The notes under the pieces were generated by a model. The model did not search any database. It was not told the origin of the DNA and worked only from the letters and a program-made list of their open reading frames with translations. A program made the translations under genes and the position numbers. Of a stretch of 64,000 bases of DNA, positions 50,679 to 59,975 are shown piece by piece (position 1 is the stretch's first letter; each line of letters starts with the position of its first letter). The stretch is from contig OZ241917.1 of assembly GCA_965203805.1 (NCBI GenBank), forward strand, positions 1,312,001 to 1,376,000. Direction: 5' to 3'. The DNA comes from Candidatus Latescibacterota bacterium. GTDB lineage: Bacteria > Latescibacterota > UBA2968 > GCA-2709665.

Positions 50679-51683
50679 CTAAAGGAAATTCTCGCCCGCA
50701 TGATCAGAGAACGAATCGGCGTCGCGGATGTATTGCATGACCGTAGCTGGATTCGTATGTCGGGTGACCGCCATGATTTTGTCCAGCCGGGCACGATGTA
50801 CTGCTGCGCTAGTGACGAATCCCGCGCGTAACGAATGACCGGCAACTTCCTTTGGGTTGAGTCCAATCCTTGAGGCATAGTGCTTGACAATCCGCGGAAT
50901 GTCTGAGTGATGTAGCGGTCTCCCCTGCACGTGACCACCTCGCTTCATTGATTGAAACAACGGTCCTGACTTGATCCGAGATGCTCGTAGCCACACCTGA
51001 AGCCGGTGAATGGGTCGGATTACACTTCCGTCTAGAATTGCTATTCTTTGCCCGCGCCCCTGTTGATCCGTTTTGGACCGGCGGATTGTGAGGAACATGC
51101 GTCGACTCGACCCGTTTTCGGGCTCGAGGAACTCGACATCGTCAACCATCAAGTCGCAAATCTCCGATCGGCGGAGTGCACCAGCAAATCCAACCGAAAT
51201 AATCGCAGCGTCTCGACGCCCAATAGTTGTATCAGGGCATTGGGAGAGCATAGCCTGTATCTGGTATTCTCTCAACGCTTCTACTCGCCGACATGCCGTA
51301 CCCTTAAGCCGAGCCATGCCCTTGAGTGTCGCGCGAACGATAGGATGGTTTGTTGGCGATGACTTTCCTGCTTCGGTAAACTTCCTGTTGACTGCGCTCT
51401 TGTAAAGGGTCACTGTGCCCATTGATAACACCGTCCCGCTTCGCGCGCTCGGATTTGTTGCCAAATGTATGAGAAACCCTGCCACTTGGTCAGGCGAGGC
51501 AGACAACGGCTCGACAATTTCAACTTCGTCGCAATATTCAATGAATCTGGACCACCCTTTTTCGTACGCGATGCGTGTATTCCTCGCCAACGAAGAGAAA
51601 AGGACATCGGTGTGAAAGCTCTGTCCAATCATGCCCGAGGGATTCAACGAAAACTCCTCCATTAAGGTCCGCCAGTGTCTCAC
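50679..51683 (-). CDS. Tyrosine recombinase/integrase (Cre-like)
   Basis: Full catalytic set LRRSE, SKTDQ, GHSLRAG, TRH and MQY; the real start may be the ATG at 51662. Confidence 0.9.
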   Translation of the reverse strand: MRHWRTLMEEFSLNPSGMIGQSFHTDVLFSSLARNTRIAYEKGWSRFIEYCDEVEIVEPLSASPDQVAGFLIHLATNPSARSGTVLSMGTVTLYKSAVNRKFTEAGKSSPTNHPIVRATLKGMARLKGTACRRVEALREYQIQAMLSQCPDTTIGRRDAAIISVGFAGALRRSEICDLMVDDVEFLEPENGSSRRMFLTIRRSKTDQQGRGQRIAILDGSVIRPIHRLQVWLRASRIKSGPLFQSMKRGGHVQGRPLHHSDIPRIVKHYASRIGLNPKEVAGHSLRAGFVTSAAVHRARLDKIMAVTRHTNPATVMQYIRDADSFSDHAGENFL

Positions 51684-51716
51684 AACTTGGAGATGTGACC
51701 GGATCGAACAATGTGG

Positions 51717-52489
51717 TATAGCAATTTACTACGGAATTAAAACGGGCTATAACGCAGCATTTATCATTGATAACGACACTAAGAACGCGCTGGTCGCTGA
51801 AGATCCAAACTCAGCTGCCTTAATCAAGCCTGTGCTCCGCGGACGGGACATAAAACGCTATCGGGCGAAGTGGGCGAATCTCTGGCTGATAGCAACTTTT
51901 CCTGCTCTGACACTCGACATCGATGATTTTCCAGCAGTGAAGAAGCATTTGCTATCTTTCGGCAAAGCGCGATTAGAACAATCGGGTAGAACCCTTCCGA
52001 ACGGCACGAAATCCAGGAAATATACTATGCACGCTTGGTATGAATTACAGGATACTTGCGCTTACCACGCAGAGTTTAGCAAGGAGAAGTTGATCTGGAT
52101 GGACCTAACAGAACGAGGCCGGTTTGCCTATGATATAGAGTGCCTATTCTGCGTAAACACGGCATTTATAATGTCAGGTCCATCAATCAAATATCTATGC
52201 GCCCTGCTTAATTCAAACTTGGTAACTTGGTTTATGAGGAACACGGCCCTGAATTCCGGAATGGGCGTAACTCGATGGATTAATGCTTCCTGTAGAACCA
52301 ATTCCAATCCCACAACTTACTGGTGCAGAGCAAGTTCCGTTTACGCTCTTAATGGACCGAATCCTTTCAGCCAAAACTGTAGGTCTTGATACTGACACCA
52401 GCGATCTGGAAGTGGAGATAGACCGGATGGTCTATGATCTCTACGGCCTTTCTGAGAAAGAAATCGCCGCGGTAGAGGACAAATCATAA
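51717..52489 (+). pseudogene. Silent alternative TaqI-C-like specificity domain of the type IIG-like methyltransferase (inverted; frameshift near 52290)
   Basis: IAIYYGIKTGYNAAFIIDNDTK...KPVLRGRDIKRY is homologous to the C-terminus of 52640-56266; no methyltransferase motifs; the tail continues in ORF 52283-52489. Confidence 0.8.
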
Positions 52490-52639
52490 GTAAACCAACT
52501 TCTGAAACACTACCGGGCAGTTTATCGTTTGTTATCGCGTTGCTGACCGGACGAACAGGATGAAATCCGCTCCTCTACCGCTAAGATCTCCGTCTCTGTG
52601 AGTCCGTACAATGCGTGAACCATATAATTAATCTCCGCT

Positions 52640-55600
52640 TCAATGGCGGCTACGTCGGCATTTGGATCGGCCTCTTTTGGCTTCCAATATGCGGTCGACC
52701 AAGCAGACGAAAGTGTTTTGCTTCGGGACCGAAATTCTAGGTATGGGCAGGTGTTCAACAGCGAATTTTTTCCATTGCAAAAGCCCCATTCCCGTTGTCA
52801 ATGCGTTGTTTTTCATCAACCAAGTAATAAGAGTGCTGTTCAGAATCGCGCAAAGGTATTTCAGGGATTCACCCGTTAAGAAAAACCCTTTGTCGTTGCA
52901 ATATATCTGCACCTTGGAGTAGGCAAATCTGCCACTATTTGACATGTCCATCCAGAAGAGCTTTTGCTTAGAGAATTCCTCATGGTAAGCGCAATTACGG
53001 AGATTGTACGGTGTACTGCCTTTGTCTTGCCGCTCTTCCAGTTGGGGAAAGAACTCGTCCAAATGGTTCTTGATGGCTGGGTATTCTTCAATATCGACAG
53101 CGGGAACATTGCCGTATCCATTGTGCGTGTCAATTAGCCAAAGGCCTGCCCAAAGGACACTGTAACGCTGAATATCTCTGCCGCGCAGCAGCGGCTTTAT
53201 TATTTCTGCCGAGCGTGAATCTTCGGTTATCAATGCTTCCTTAGTGTCGTTATCAATGACAAAGGCGTCATTGTAACCAGTAAGAACCCCTCGGTAAATT
53301 GCTATATCCCAATCTTTCAACGGCGTACCTCTAGCCTGCATCTTGTCCATAACGCTTTGTTCAGTGCGTGACAGGATGCTCCATGGCTTTTCGCCGCTCA
53401 GACGCGTTTGACCCCAAAACCCTTCTGGAGGCGGAAAATCACCGGTAGGCAGTTTGTCAATGTCGACAGCGCGGCAGACATTGTTGCCGTTACCCTCGCG
53501 GAGAATCAGAACACTGGTGTCAACGATTGTGTTTACAAAGACGTCCTTACCCATCTCCAAAAGGCGAAGGGGCGTGTGTCGCTCCGAGAAATACCGACGA
53601 AGGGCCTTGCCGTATTCAGCCTTCAACCAACTGTTGGAGGTGATGTAAGCCAACAACCCCTGGGTAGGCTTCAGTAGTTGACAACCCTTCTCGTAGAAAA
53701 GCTGGTAAACATCCCCAGTACGGACAAAGGTTTCAAAGCCGGTTTTCTTGTATCGCTTTCCCAACTCTCCACCGTTTTTTTGCAATTGAATGTACGGCGG
53801 ATTCCCAATAACGACATTGAAGCCATCTTCGATTCCGAACATATACTTGGTGTCAAACCAATCCGCCTTCGCATTCTGATCATAGGACTTCCACCGGGCG
53901 ATTTTTCGAGCATCTTCAAAGCTTAAATCAAACTCTCCCTTTCGTATCTTGAACTTTTTCTGTTCTTCAATGCGCAGTTGTTCGCGGTGTTCTGCATTGG
54001 GTATTTGTGCGATTCTTCGTTCAATCTCCCGTTGCTCTCTCCCGACCCAATTTGCTCGTAGGGCTTCTAATTCACGTTCCAATTGATCTAGCAGATCTTT
54101 TTCCTGGCGGATATACTGGAGTTTTTTCGGGCGATTGTTGGCAAGAAAATACCTCGCGCGAATCGCCTCGATTTGCATTCGGAATTGCTGAACTTTGTTG
54201 TCTTGAAGAAGCGAGTGTACTTCGTAAAGCTTAAGGCCGACGAGCGTGTCTGCGGCAACAAATCGGGTCTCCAAATTCGGCAGCGGTTTGATCCCTAAGT
54301 TTTTTTTCTTCTCATCTGGATCCTGTTCAATTGCCAGTGAAATAAAAAAGCGCAATTTAGCAATCTGACAGGCTACAGGCTGAATGTCCACGCCAAAAAT
54401 GCTGTTCTGGATGAGGTAGAGCTTGCGCCCGAAGTCTCCGGAATACCGTTGAAAGGTATCGCTAATCTCTAGCAGTTGGGCGTCGCGTTCATGTTGGTTT
54501 ATATTCTCAAACGCCGCGTCCGCCTCTGCTCGCGCGCGTTCCCTTTGAAGTGCTTTCCAGCGCAGGTTGCGGGGGTCAAGCCTTCTAAGGGCCAGGGTCA
54601 ACTTGTGCAGCATGCCCATCGGAAACGCGCCGGAACCGACTGCTGGGTCCAGCACTTTCATCTTGGCAATGGCGTGCACAATGGCCTCCGCCTCGACTTC
54701 CTCAAAGAGTTCATTGGCATCATCAAATGCGTCTTCATAATCCAGCAGGTAGCGTAACCGCTCTTCCCAGAATTCCCCATTGCCGTCCGCTGGAAGAACA
54801 TCCTTCTTCAGCGTCGCCAAGACTACTTCATCCACCATATAGTCAACTACCGCGCGGGGCGTGTAGTACGAGCCGGTCCGCCTGCGCGCAGTGTCTTGAG
54901 TTTCAGGGTTGTACGCAGCGAGAAGGTTCTCGAAAACTTTGCCTAGCAATTCCGGATCTAGGGCGACTTCCTGCTCTATAGGTGTATTTTCCTCTACTGT
55001 GAACTTGTAATTGTTGAACAGCGTGATAAGCCCTTCTCCACCAAAAAACAGGTGATTTGGGATGGAATATTCGCGACGCTGAGCAGGGTTGTCGGTAAAG
55101 CAGTCGAGGCGCGCGCCTCCCGCCCCGACGGCTTCAAAGTCGTCCAGGCAGTCAAACAGACCGCCGTTGATAAAGGGCGTTTGCGCAAACAGTTCGAGCA
55201 ATCCATCCGGGTCGGTCATTTCCTTTCTGTATCGGTACACTGAAGGATTGCGGTGGTCAGCGCGATTCTGCCTGCTAAAACGACGTTTATCAATTTCGGT
55301 GTTGAGAGTAGCAAAAAACAAGTTCTGCAATATGGCGCGGTAGTAGGAGTCGCCTGTTTGGAGGTCGAAGTCTTCCAGTAGTTCGCTGACCTTCTGCTCA
55401 ATGAACAAGCCCTCGGCGATCAGCTTCTTTTCCTTAATGAACCAGACGAACATTAAGCGGGTAATGAGGCGGATCGTATGCTCTTCGGGTTCCAGAGTCT
55501 TAGCTTCGTTCGCAGGAAACTTCGCGTCGGAGACGGCTCTTTCAAACCAATCGAAGAGTTCGCCGTAGAACCGCCGATTGAGTTCCTCCGTATCCAATTT

Positions 55601-56266
55601 GTCCAACCAGGCGGCCAGCAGGCCGTCGAAATTGTTCGGCTTGTTGTGGAGATCCATCCACGTAGTGCACTCGGTCAGCGACAACTCAGCCAATATGTCC
55701 AGATGGGCGCGGTGGGGATTCTTCGGTGCAATCTCACGTATCAAAGACACTTTGCCCAATACATCGCGCGCAGGGTCGCGCTTGTGCTCTCGGCGGTGAA
55801 CAAAGGCAAGAGTCAGCAGATTGGATGTTGTGCGGAAGAGAACGACGGAGGGTTGGCTCAGGCGTTTGTTGATCTCACGGGTGAATCGCGCGTACTCCCC
55901 TCGAGTGCAGGTCGATTCCTTGAGTTCAACGGAGAAGAAGACGAAGCTTTGCTGTTGTCCCTTGTCAAAGGTAGCGGAATCAAATCCGATCGTAGGATGG
56001 GTGCTGGCGCCGACCTCGTCGCTTGTCACCTGAAAAATCAACTTCACGGACTCCGTCAGTTTGCGAAACTCCTCTTCGGACTTTGTGTTTTGATTTGGGG
56101 CCGGGAATTCACGAATAAAGTCGTCCACACTTCCTGGTAATTCCTCGGTGCGCTCGCTTTGATAGCCCAGCACTTCGAACAGGCGTTTCGCTGCCACCTC
56201 AAAGTCGTCATCATGGATTCCGTTTAGCGCCGAACAAATATCTTCTCTGATGTCTGGCTGTGTCAT
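52640..56266 (-). CDS. Eco57I/type IIG-like N6-adenine DNA methyltransferase with C-terminal specificity domain (frameshift near 52676; natural tail extends to about 52522)
   Basis: PFINGGLF, LLGKVFENLL, TGSYYTP, LDPAVGSGAF and VIGNPPY. Confidence 0.9.
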   Translation of the reverse strand: MTQPDIREDICSALNGIHDDDFEVAAKRLFEVLGYQSERTEELPGSVDDFIREFPAPNQNTKSEEEFRKLTESVKLIFQVTSDEVGASTHPTIGFDSATFDKGQQQSFVFFSVELKESTCTRGEYARFTREINKRLSQPSVVLFRTTSNLLTLAFVHRREHKRDPARDVLGKVSLIREIAPKNPHRAHLDILAELSLTECTTWMDLHNKPNNFDGLLAAWLDKLDTEELNRRFYGELFDWFERAVSDAKFPANEAKTLEPEEHTIRLITRLMFVWFIKEKKLIAEGLFIEQKVSELLEDFDLQTGDSYYRAILQNLFFATLNTEIDKRRFSRQNRADHRNPSVYRYRKEMTDPDGLLELFAQTPFINGGLFDCLDDFEAVGAGGARLDCFTDNPAQRREYSIPNHLFFGGEGLITLFNNYKFTVEENTPIEQEVALDPELLGKVFENLLAAYNPETQDTARRRTGSYYTPRAVVDYMVDEVVLATLKKDVLPADGNGEFWEERLRYLLDYEDAFDDANELFEEVEAEAIVHAIAKMKVLDPAVGSGAFPMGMLHKLTLALRRLDPRNLRWKALQRERARAEADAAFENINQHERDAQLLEISDTFQRYSGDFGRKLYLIQNSIFGVDIQPVACQIAKLRFFISLAIEQDPDEKKKNLGIKPLPNLETRFVAADTLVGLKLYEVHSLLQDNKVQQFRMQIEAIRARYFLANNRPKKLQYIRQEKDLLDQLERELEALRANWVGREQREIERRIAQIPNAEHREQLRIEEQKKFKIRKGEFDLSFEDARKIARWKSYDQNAKADWFDTKYMFGIEDGFNVVIGNPPYIQLQKNGGELGKRYKKTGFETFVRTGDVYQLFYEKGCQLLKPTQGLLAYITSNSWLKAEYGKALRRYFSERHTPLRLLEMGKDVFVNTIVDTSVLILREGNGNNVCRAVDIDKLPTGDFPPPEGFWGQTRLSGEKPWSILSRTEQSVMDKMQARGTPLKDWDIAIYRGVLTGYNDAFVIDNDTKEALITEDSRSAEIIKPLLRGRDIQRYSVLWAGLWLIDTHNGYGNVPAVDIEEYPAIKNHLDEFFPQLEERQDKGSTPYNLRNCAYHEEFSKQKLFWMDMSNSGRFAYSKVQIYCNDKGFFLTGESLKYLCAILNSTLITWLMKNNALTTGMGLLQWKKFAVEHLPIPRISVPKQNTFVCLVDRILEAKRGRSKCRRSRH

Positions 56267-56986
56267 CGTCGATCTTTCTGTAAAACTCTTACCTGTTGGG
56301 GACGAGAGCGATTATGGTGGAACCGAGATTCGAGTGGCCTTAGTCACATGTGTACATAGCCACTTTCTCCCGCATTGTTGGCTCCTACAAAGATGCCCAG
56401 CACTTGTCTACGGTATCCAAGCGCCTTTCTAGCCTGACTAATTCATGAAACTGAACGGAACAGTGTTTTTGGAAGCAAAAAGTGATCTATAGAAGGGGAA
56501 ATAGTCAAATGACGTGTTGGTGACGGGATAATGCGTAATTTTGGGTGGTCTGTCAGCATCGAGGGGTGTCGAGTTCTTTGATTTGTGGATGGAAAGGACA
56601 GACGGATGCCTTGGTCTTACTTTTGGCGATGAGAAAGGGACGGCGGGGCCTGCGTGAAGCGTCTGCGTTATGGAACTGCCTTTGCCAAATTGCATAGGAT
56701 GGTGCCATAGAGGTGTTTCAAGGGAAATGAGGTTGGCAAATGGAGTTTGATTTTGGTTTTGAGTTCGGACACTCTCCCGGCGACTTTGAGGATGCGATTC
56801 TGAATGGTATTAAACTGCGCGTGCGTCCATTGGGTGGTCCGGAGTCCTTTTTCGGTAAGGGTGTGCATCAGGACATAAGCGGCACTATGCAGGAAGAGAC
56901 GGAAGTGATTGGCTTCGAAGGTGTGGCAGGAGGTACGATCGGAATGGAGGAAGGTTTTGTGATTCTTGATGAAGTTTTCCATCCTG

Positions 56987-57007
56987 CCTGCCTGGCCGGC
57001 AGACAGG
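56987..57007. repeat. CCTG...CAGG mini-palindrome insertion (21 bp), in frame inside the transposase
   Basis: cctgcctggccggcagacagg adds LSAGQAG, which is absent from the other IS1380 transposase. Confidence 0.85.
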
Positions 57008-57843
57008 CCGCGCGCACAATAGACGGTTTTGTAGAGGAATGAGGGCTGGCTACTCTTCAGGTTGGTGACGACAAAGCGTGTATTGGCTTGTCCGGAAGCG
57101 GTGATTTCAGCTTTGTAGATGATGCGTCTTGGCACGGCCCACGAATCTGCCTGGTAAGCGAAACTGGTAAATCGCTGCACAGGCTGTCCGGTCTCCCGAT
57201 ACTGTGCCTTTGCCTGCTCGATCAGCGCGTGTCCCCGTTGTGCAAGCCTGGCATTGCCCGTCTGTCCCAGCACGAAATACACCTCTTGCTCGTCGCAGAA
57301 GTCGTGGACCTCGGGACAGGAAAAATGGCCGTCGCCACGCAAAAAGAGTCGCACGTGCGGCCACGCCTCGCGAAGGCGTTTCACCAGTCGCTTGAGAACG
57401 GTGACAATCTGTTTGCCGGTAGGACGGGCGCCCGGACGCAAAAGCGTCGTGATCAGTCTTCCTGTCTGCCCTTCATAGATATGCAAGGGACAGTAACAGC
57501 GTTCACCATAATAGCCATTGAACATCGCCAACTGTTGACAGCCGTAAACCTCGTCGTCGGTGTCATCGATATCCAGAACGACCGCGTTGGGAGGCCGCTT
57601 GTAGGACGCGATAAACCCGTCCACAAGGGCCTCGGCAATACGATATAAGTCCCGGCGACGAATGCCGTTTTCCAATCGACTCATCGTGGGTTGGCTGGCC
57701 AACGGCCCCCCTGATATCGGCAACCGACCACAGGCCGCCTTGAACGCGGGGTCAAAGCGCAGCAAATCGCAATCGTTCGCATCTTCATACGCGCACGCGA
57801 TCTGAAACACACGCTGGCTGATCAGATCCGACATCGTGTGATC

Positions 57844-57876
57844 CCTGCCTGCGCCAAGTGCAGCGCGGCAGGCAGG
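57844..57876. repeat. CCTG...CAGG mini-palindrome (33 bp) at the transposase deletion junction
   Basis: cctgcctgcgccaagtgcagcgcggcaggcagg. Confidence 0.8.
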
Positions 57877-58355
57877 CTGGTGAGCACACCGCCGTCGAAG
57901 ACGGCTTCCACCTGCTTGCCAGAAACACTTGCGAACGGAACTGTGAGTTGACTATCTTGACCTTCCACGGTAGTTTCCTCCTGTTTCATTGTGTTATGGT
58001 TATTCGCCTAACCATAATATAATACAATGACTTGGGTAAGGAAACTACCTTTTTTGTGAATAATTGGGGCTAGATCTCCCTCAACTTCGTTGTTCTACCA
58101 TCAGAGTAACCGTCAATTGGAGTGGAAATTTCCAAATCACTGTAAATAAGCATATTAATCCAAAATAACGAAAGCTGCAATCCAAGAGTTACGACTTCTG
58201 TCAAATTACCATCAGATTACAATGATTCCCAAAACCGCATACATTTCGCGAGTCTGCCTCCATGAACTAATGCGCCTGCGAAGGTACCATCGCAGGGTTC
58301 TGTCACTACACCGCTGATTTGGACCCACAGATGACATACCCTCTGGCGTGATGCG

Positions 58356-59975
58356 TCAATTTGCGAACATTTCTGGCTCCAGGAGGTCGCGCGACCAACG
58401 GCGCAGGCGGCTGATTGCCTTTACCTTGATTTGGCGGATGCGTTCGCGTGTGAGACTCATCATCACGCCGATTTCCTCCAATGTATGGCTGTCGCTGCCA
58501 TTCAGCCCAAAATGCAGGCCGATTACTTCCGCCTCGCGTGGTGGGAGGCGCTCAAGCGCTTCCTCAATCAATAACAGCGCCGATTCGCGCATAACATCGG
58601 CATCTGGCGCGGCGATTTTTTCATCGGCCAAAATTTCGAGCAGACTCCGTTTATCCTCGGTGAAGGGTTCGTGGAGGGCATATACACTACCAGCACTCAA
58701 GATGGTTTCAATGATCTTTTCTGCTTGAAACCCTAGTTTCGCAGCTATTTCTTCCACAACTTCCTGGGACAGTCGTTCAAGTTCCGTGGTTCTAAATCCA
58801 GGGGTGTGCCCGTTAGACGGCTCGTGATGTAATACTCTTGATATGTCCTTTAGCAAGGCGACCCTGTTGAGTGGCAGACGTACAACCCGCACATGCTCGT
58901 CGACTGATTTCAATATCGCCTGGCGAATCCACCAAACTGCATACGTGATGAATTTATGACCCAAAGATCCATCAAAGCGGCCAGCCGCTTCTATCAAACC
59001 TATGTTACCAGCGCCAATCAAATCAGAAAGCGGCAGACCACGATTCTGATATCGTTTCGCTTCGTTAATGACGAAGCGCAAATTGGCGCAGATCATCTCG
59101 TCACGCGCTTCCATGTCACCATATTTGATTCGGCCAGCCAGTTCTACTTCGCGTTCTCTGGAAAGGGGTGTGGAATCAGCGACATCGTCGAAATAAAGCC
59201 GCAGGTTATTCTCCTCTCCTTCAGGAAACCTGGCCTCAGGCTCCACCTGCTCAAGCCAGTCCTTTGTATACCGGTAGAATGTCTGGCCGCGTTCTGTGGT
59301 GTCCATTTTAGATAGCCAAGCGTTCAGCAAGCCGTCACAGTTGCACGACCTAAGATTGGCGTTAAGCCATCTGGTGCACTCGAGAAGCGACAGTTCAGTC
59401 AGGACATCCAGATCGCCACGGCGTGGATTGTCCGTCTGAATTTCTCTACTCAACGAGGTAACTCGTTCCAGCACATCAAGAGTGATATCAAGCTTGTTAG
59501 GCCGGCGACTGATAACGGCGATGGTCAAGAGTGCTCCGGATCGGAAAAAAACCACCACTGGAACTTTCACTCGCTTGTCGATCTCCCTGGTGAATTCGTC
59601 ATATATACCTCGGGGATAGTCACCTCCCTTAAGTTCCACCGCGAAGAAAAGAATGCTTTGCTGCCGACCCTCTTCAATCGAAGAAGCCCGATCCCGTAGC
59701 GTTTTTGGATTCTCAGAAGCGATCTCATCGTTTGTCAGTTGAAAAACAATCCTCACAGACTGGACATGCTTGCGAAATGCCCGCTCATTCCTGGTGTTTG
59801 ATTTCCGTGCCGGAAACTCGTCGATAAAGCCATCCACATCGCCGGAAAGATCCAGGGTACGGTCACTCCGATAGCCGAGGACTGCGAGCAGGTCCTTAGC
59901 TGCCTCAATCAAATCGTTGTTTGATGAAGCTTCCAGAGAGGCTTTGATTCTTCCTCGGATATCTGACATGCTCAC
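58356..59975 (-). CDS. Fusion protein: R-M methyltransferase N-terminal domain paralog plus sigma-70 family sigma factor (regions 1.2-4)
   Basis: The first ~250 aa align by eye to the N-terminus of 52640-56266; the remainder has LRLYF, ANLRFV..AKRY, KFITYAVWWIRQAI and TLEEIG...LTRERIRQI. Confidence 0.88.
   Translation of the reverse strand: MSMSDIRGRIKASLEASSNNDLIEAAKDLLAVLGYRSDRTLDLSGDVDGFIDEFPARKSNTRNERAFRKHVQSVRIVFQLTNDEIASENPKTLRDRASSIEEGRQQSILFFAVELKGGDYPRGIYDEFTREIDKRVKVPVVVFFRSGALLTIAVISRRPNKLDITLDVLERVTSLSREIQTDNPRRGDLDVLTELSLLECTRWLNANLRSCNCDGLLNAWLSKMDTTERGQTFYRYTKDWLEQVEPEARFPEGEENNLRLYFDDVADSTPLSREREVELAGRIKYGDMEARDEMICANLRFVINEAKRYQNRGLPLSDLIGAGNIGLIEAAGRFDGSLGHKFITYAVWWIRQAILKSVDEHVRVVRLPLNRVALLKDISRVLHHEPSNGHTPGFRTTELERLSQEVVEEIAAKLGFQAEKIIETILSAGSVYALHEPFTEDKRSLLEILADEKIAAPDADVMRESALLLIEEALERLPPREAEVIGLHFGLNGSDSHTLEEIGVMMSLTRERIRQIKVKAISRLRRWSRDLLEPEMFAN

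Larger units (their letters stand above)
56668..57968 (-). pseudogene. IS1380 transposase with 5' deletion and frameshift plus a 7-aa in-frame insertion
   Basis: The GTG start at 57968 (VEGQ...FDGGVLTS) is out of frame with ORF 56668-57834; about 35 codons are missing relative to 46255-47589; YCARG[LSAGQAG]RMENF. Confidence 0.85.
56433..58069 (-). mobile_element. IS1380 family insertion sequence (degenerate)
   Basis: Terminal inverted repeats cctgactaattcatgaaa / ttttgtgaataattgggg; CTAG duplicated at 56429-56432 and 58070-58073. Confidence 0.9.

Noticed and set aside
50430-50831. 133-aa plus-strand ORF as a third specificity fragment
   Set aside because: No convincing similarity to the two domains, and it overlaps the recombinase antisense.
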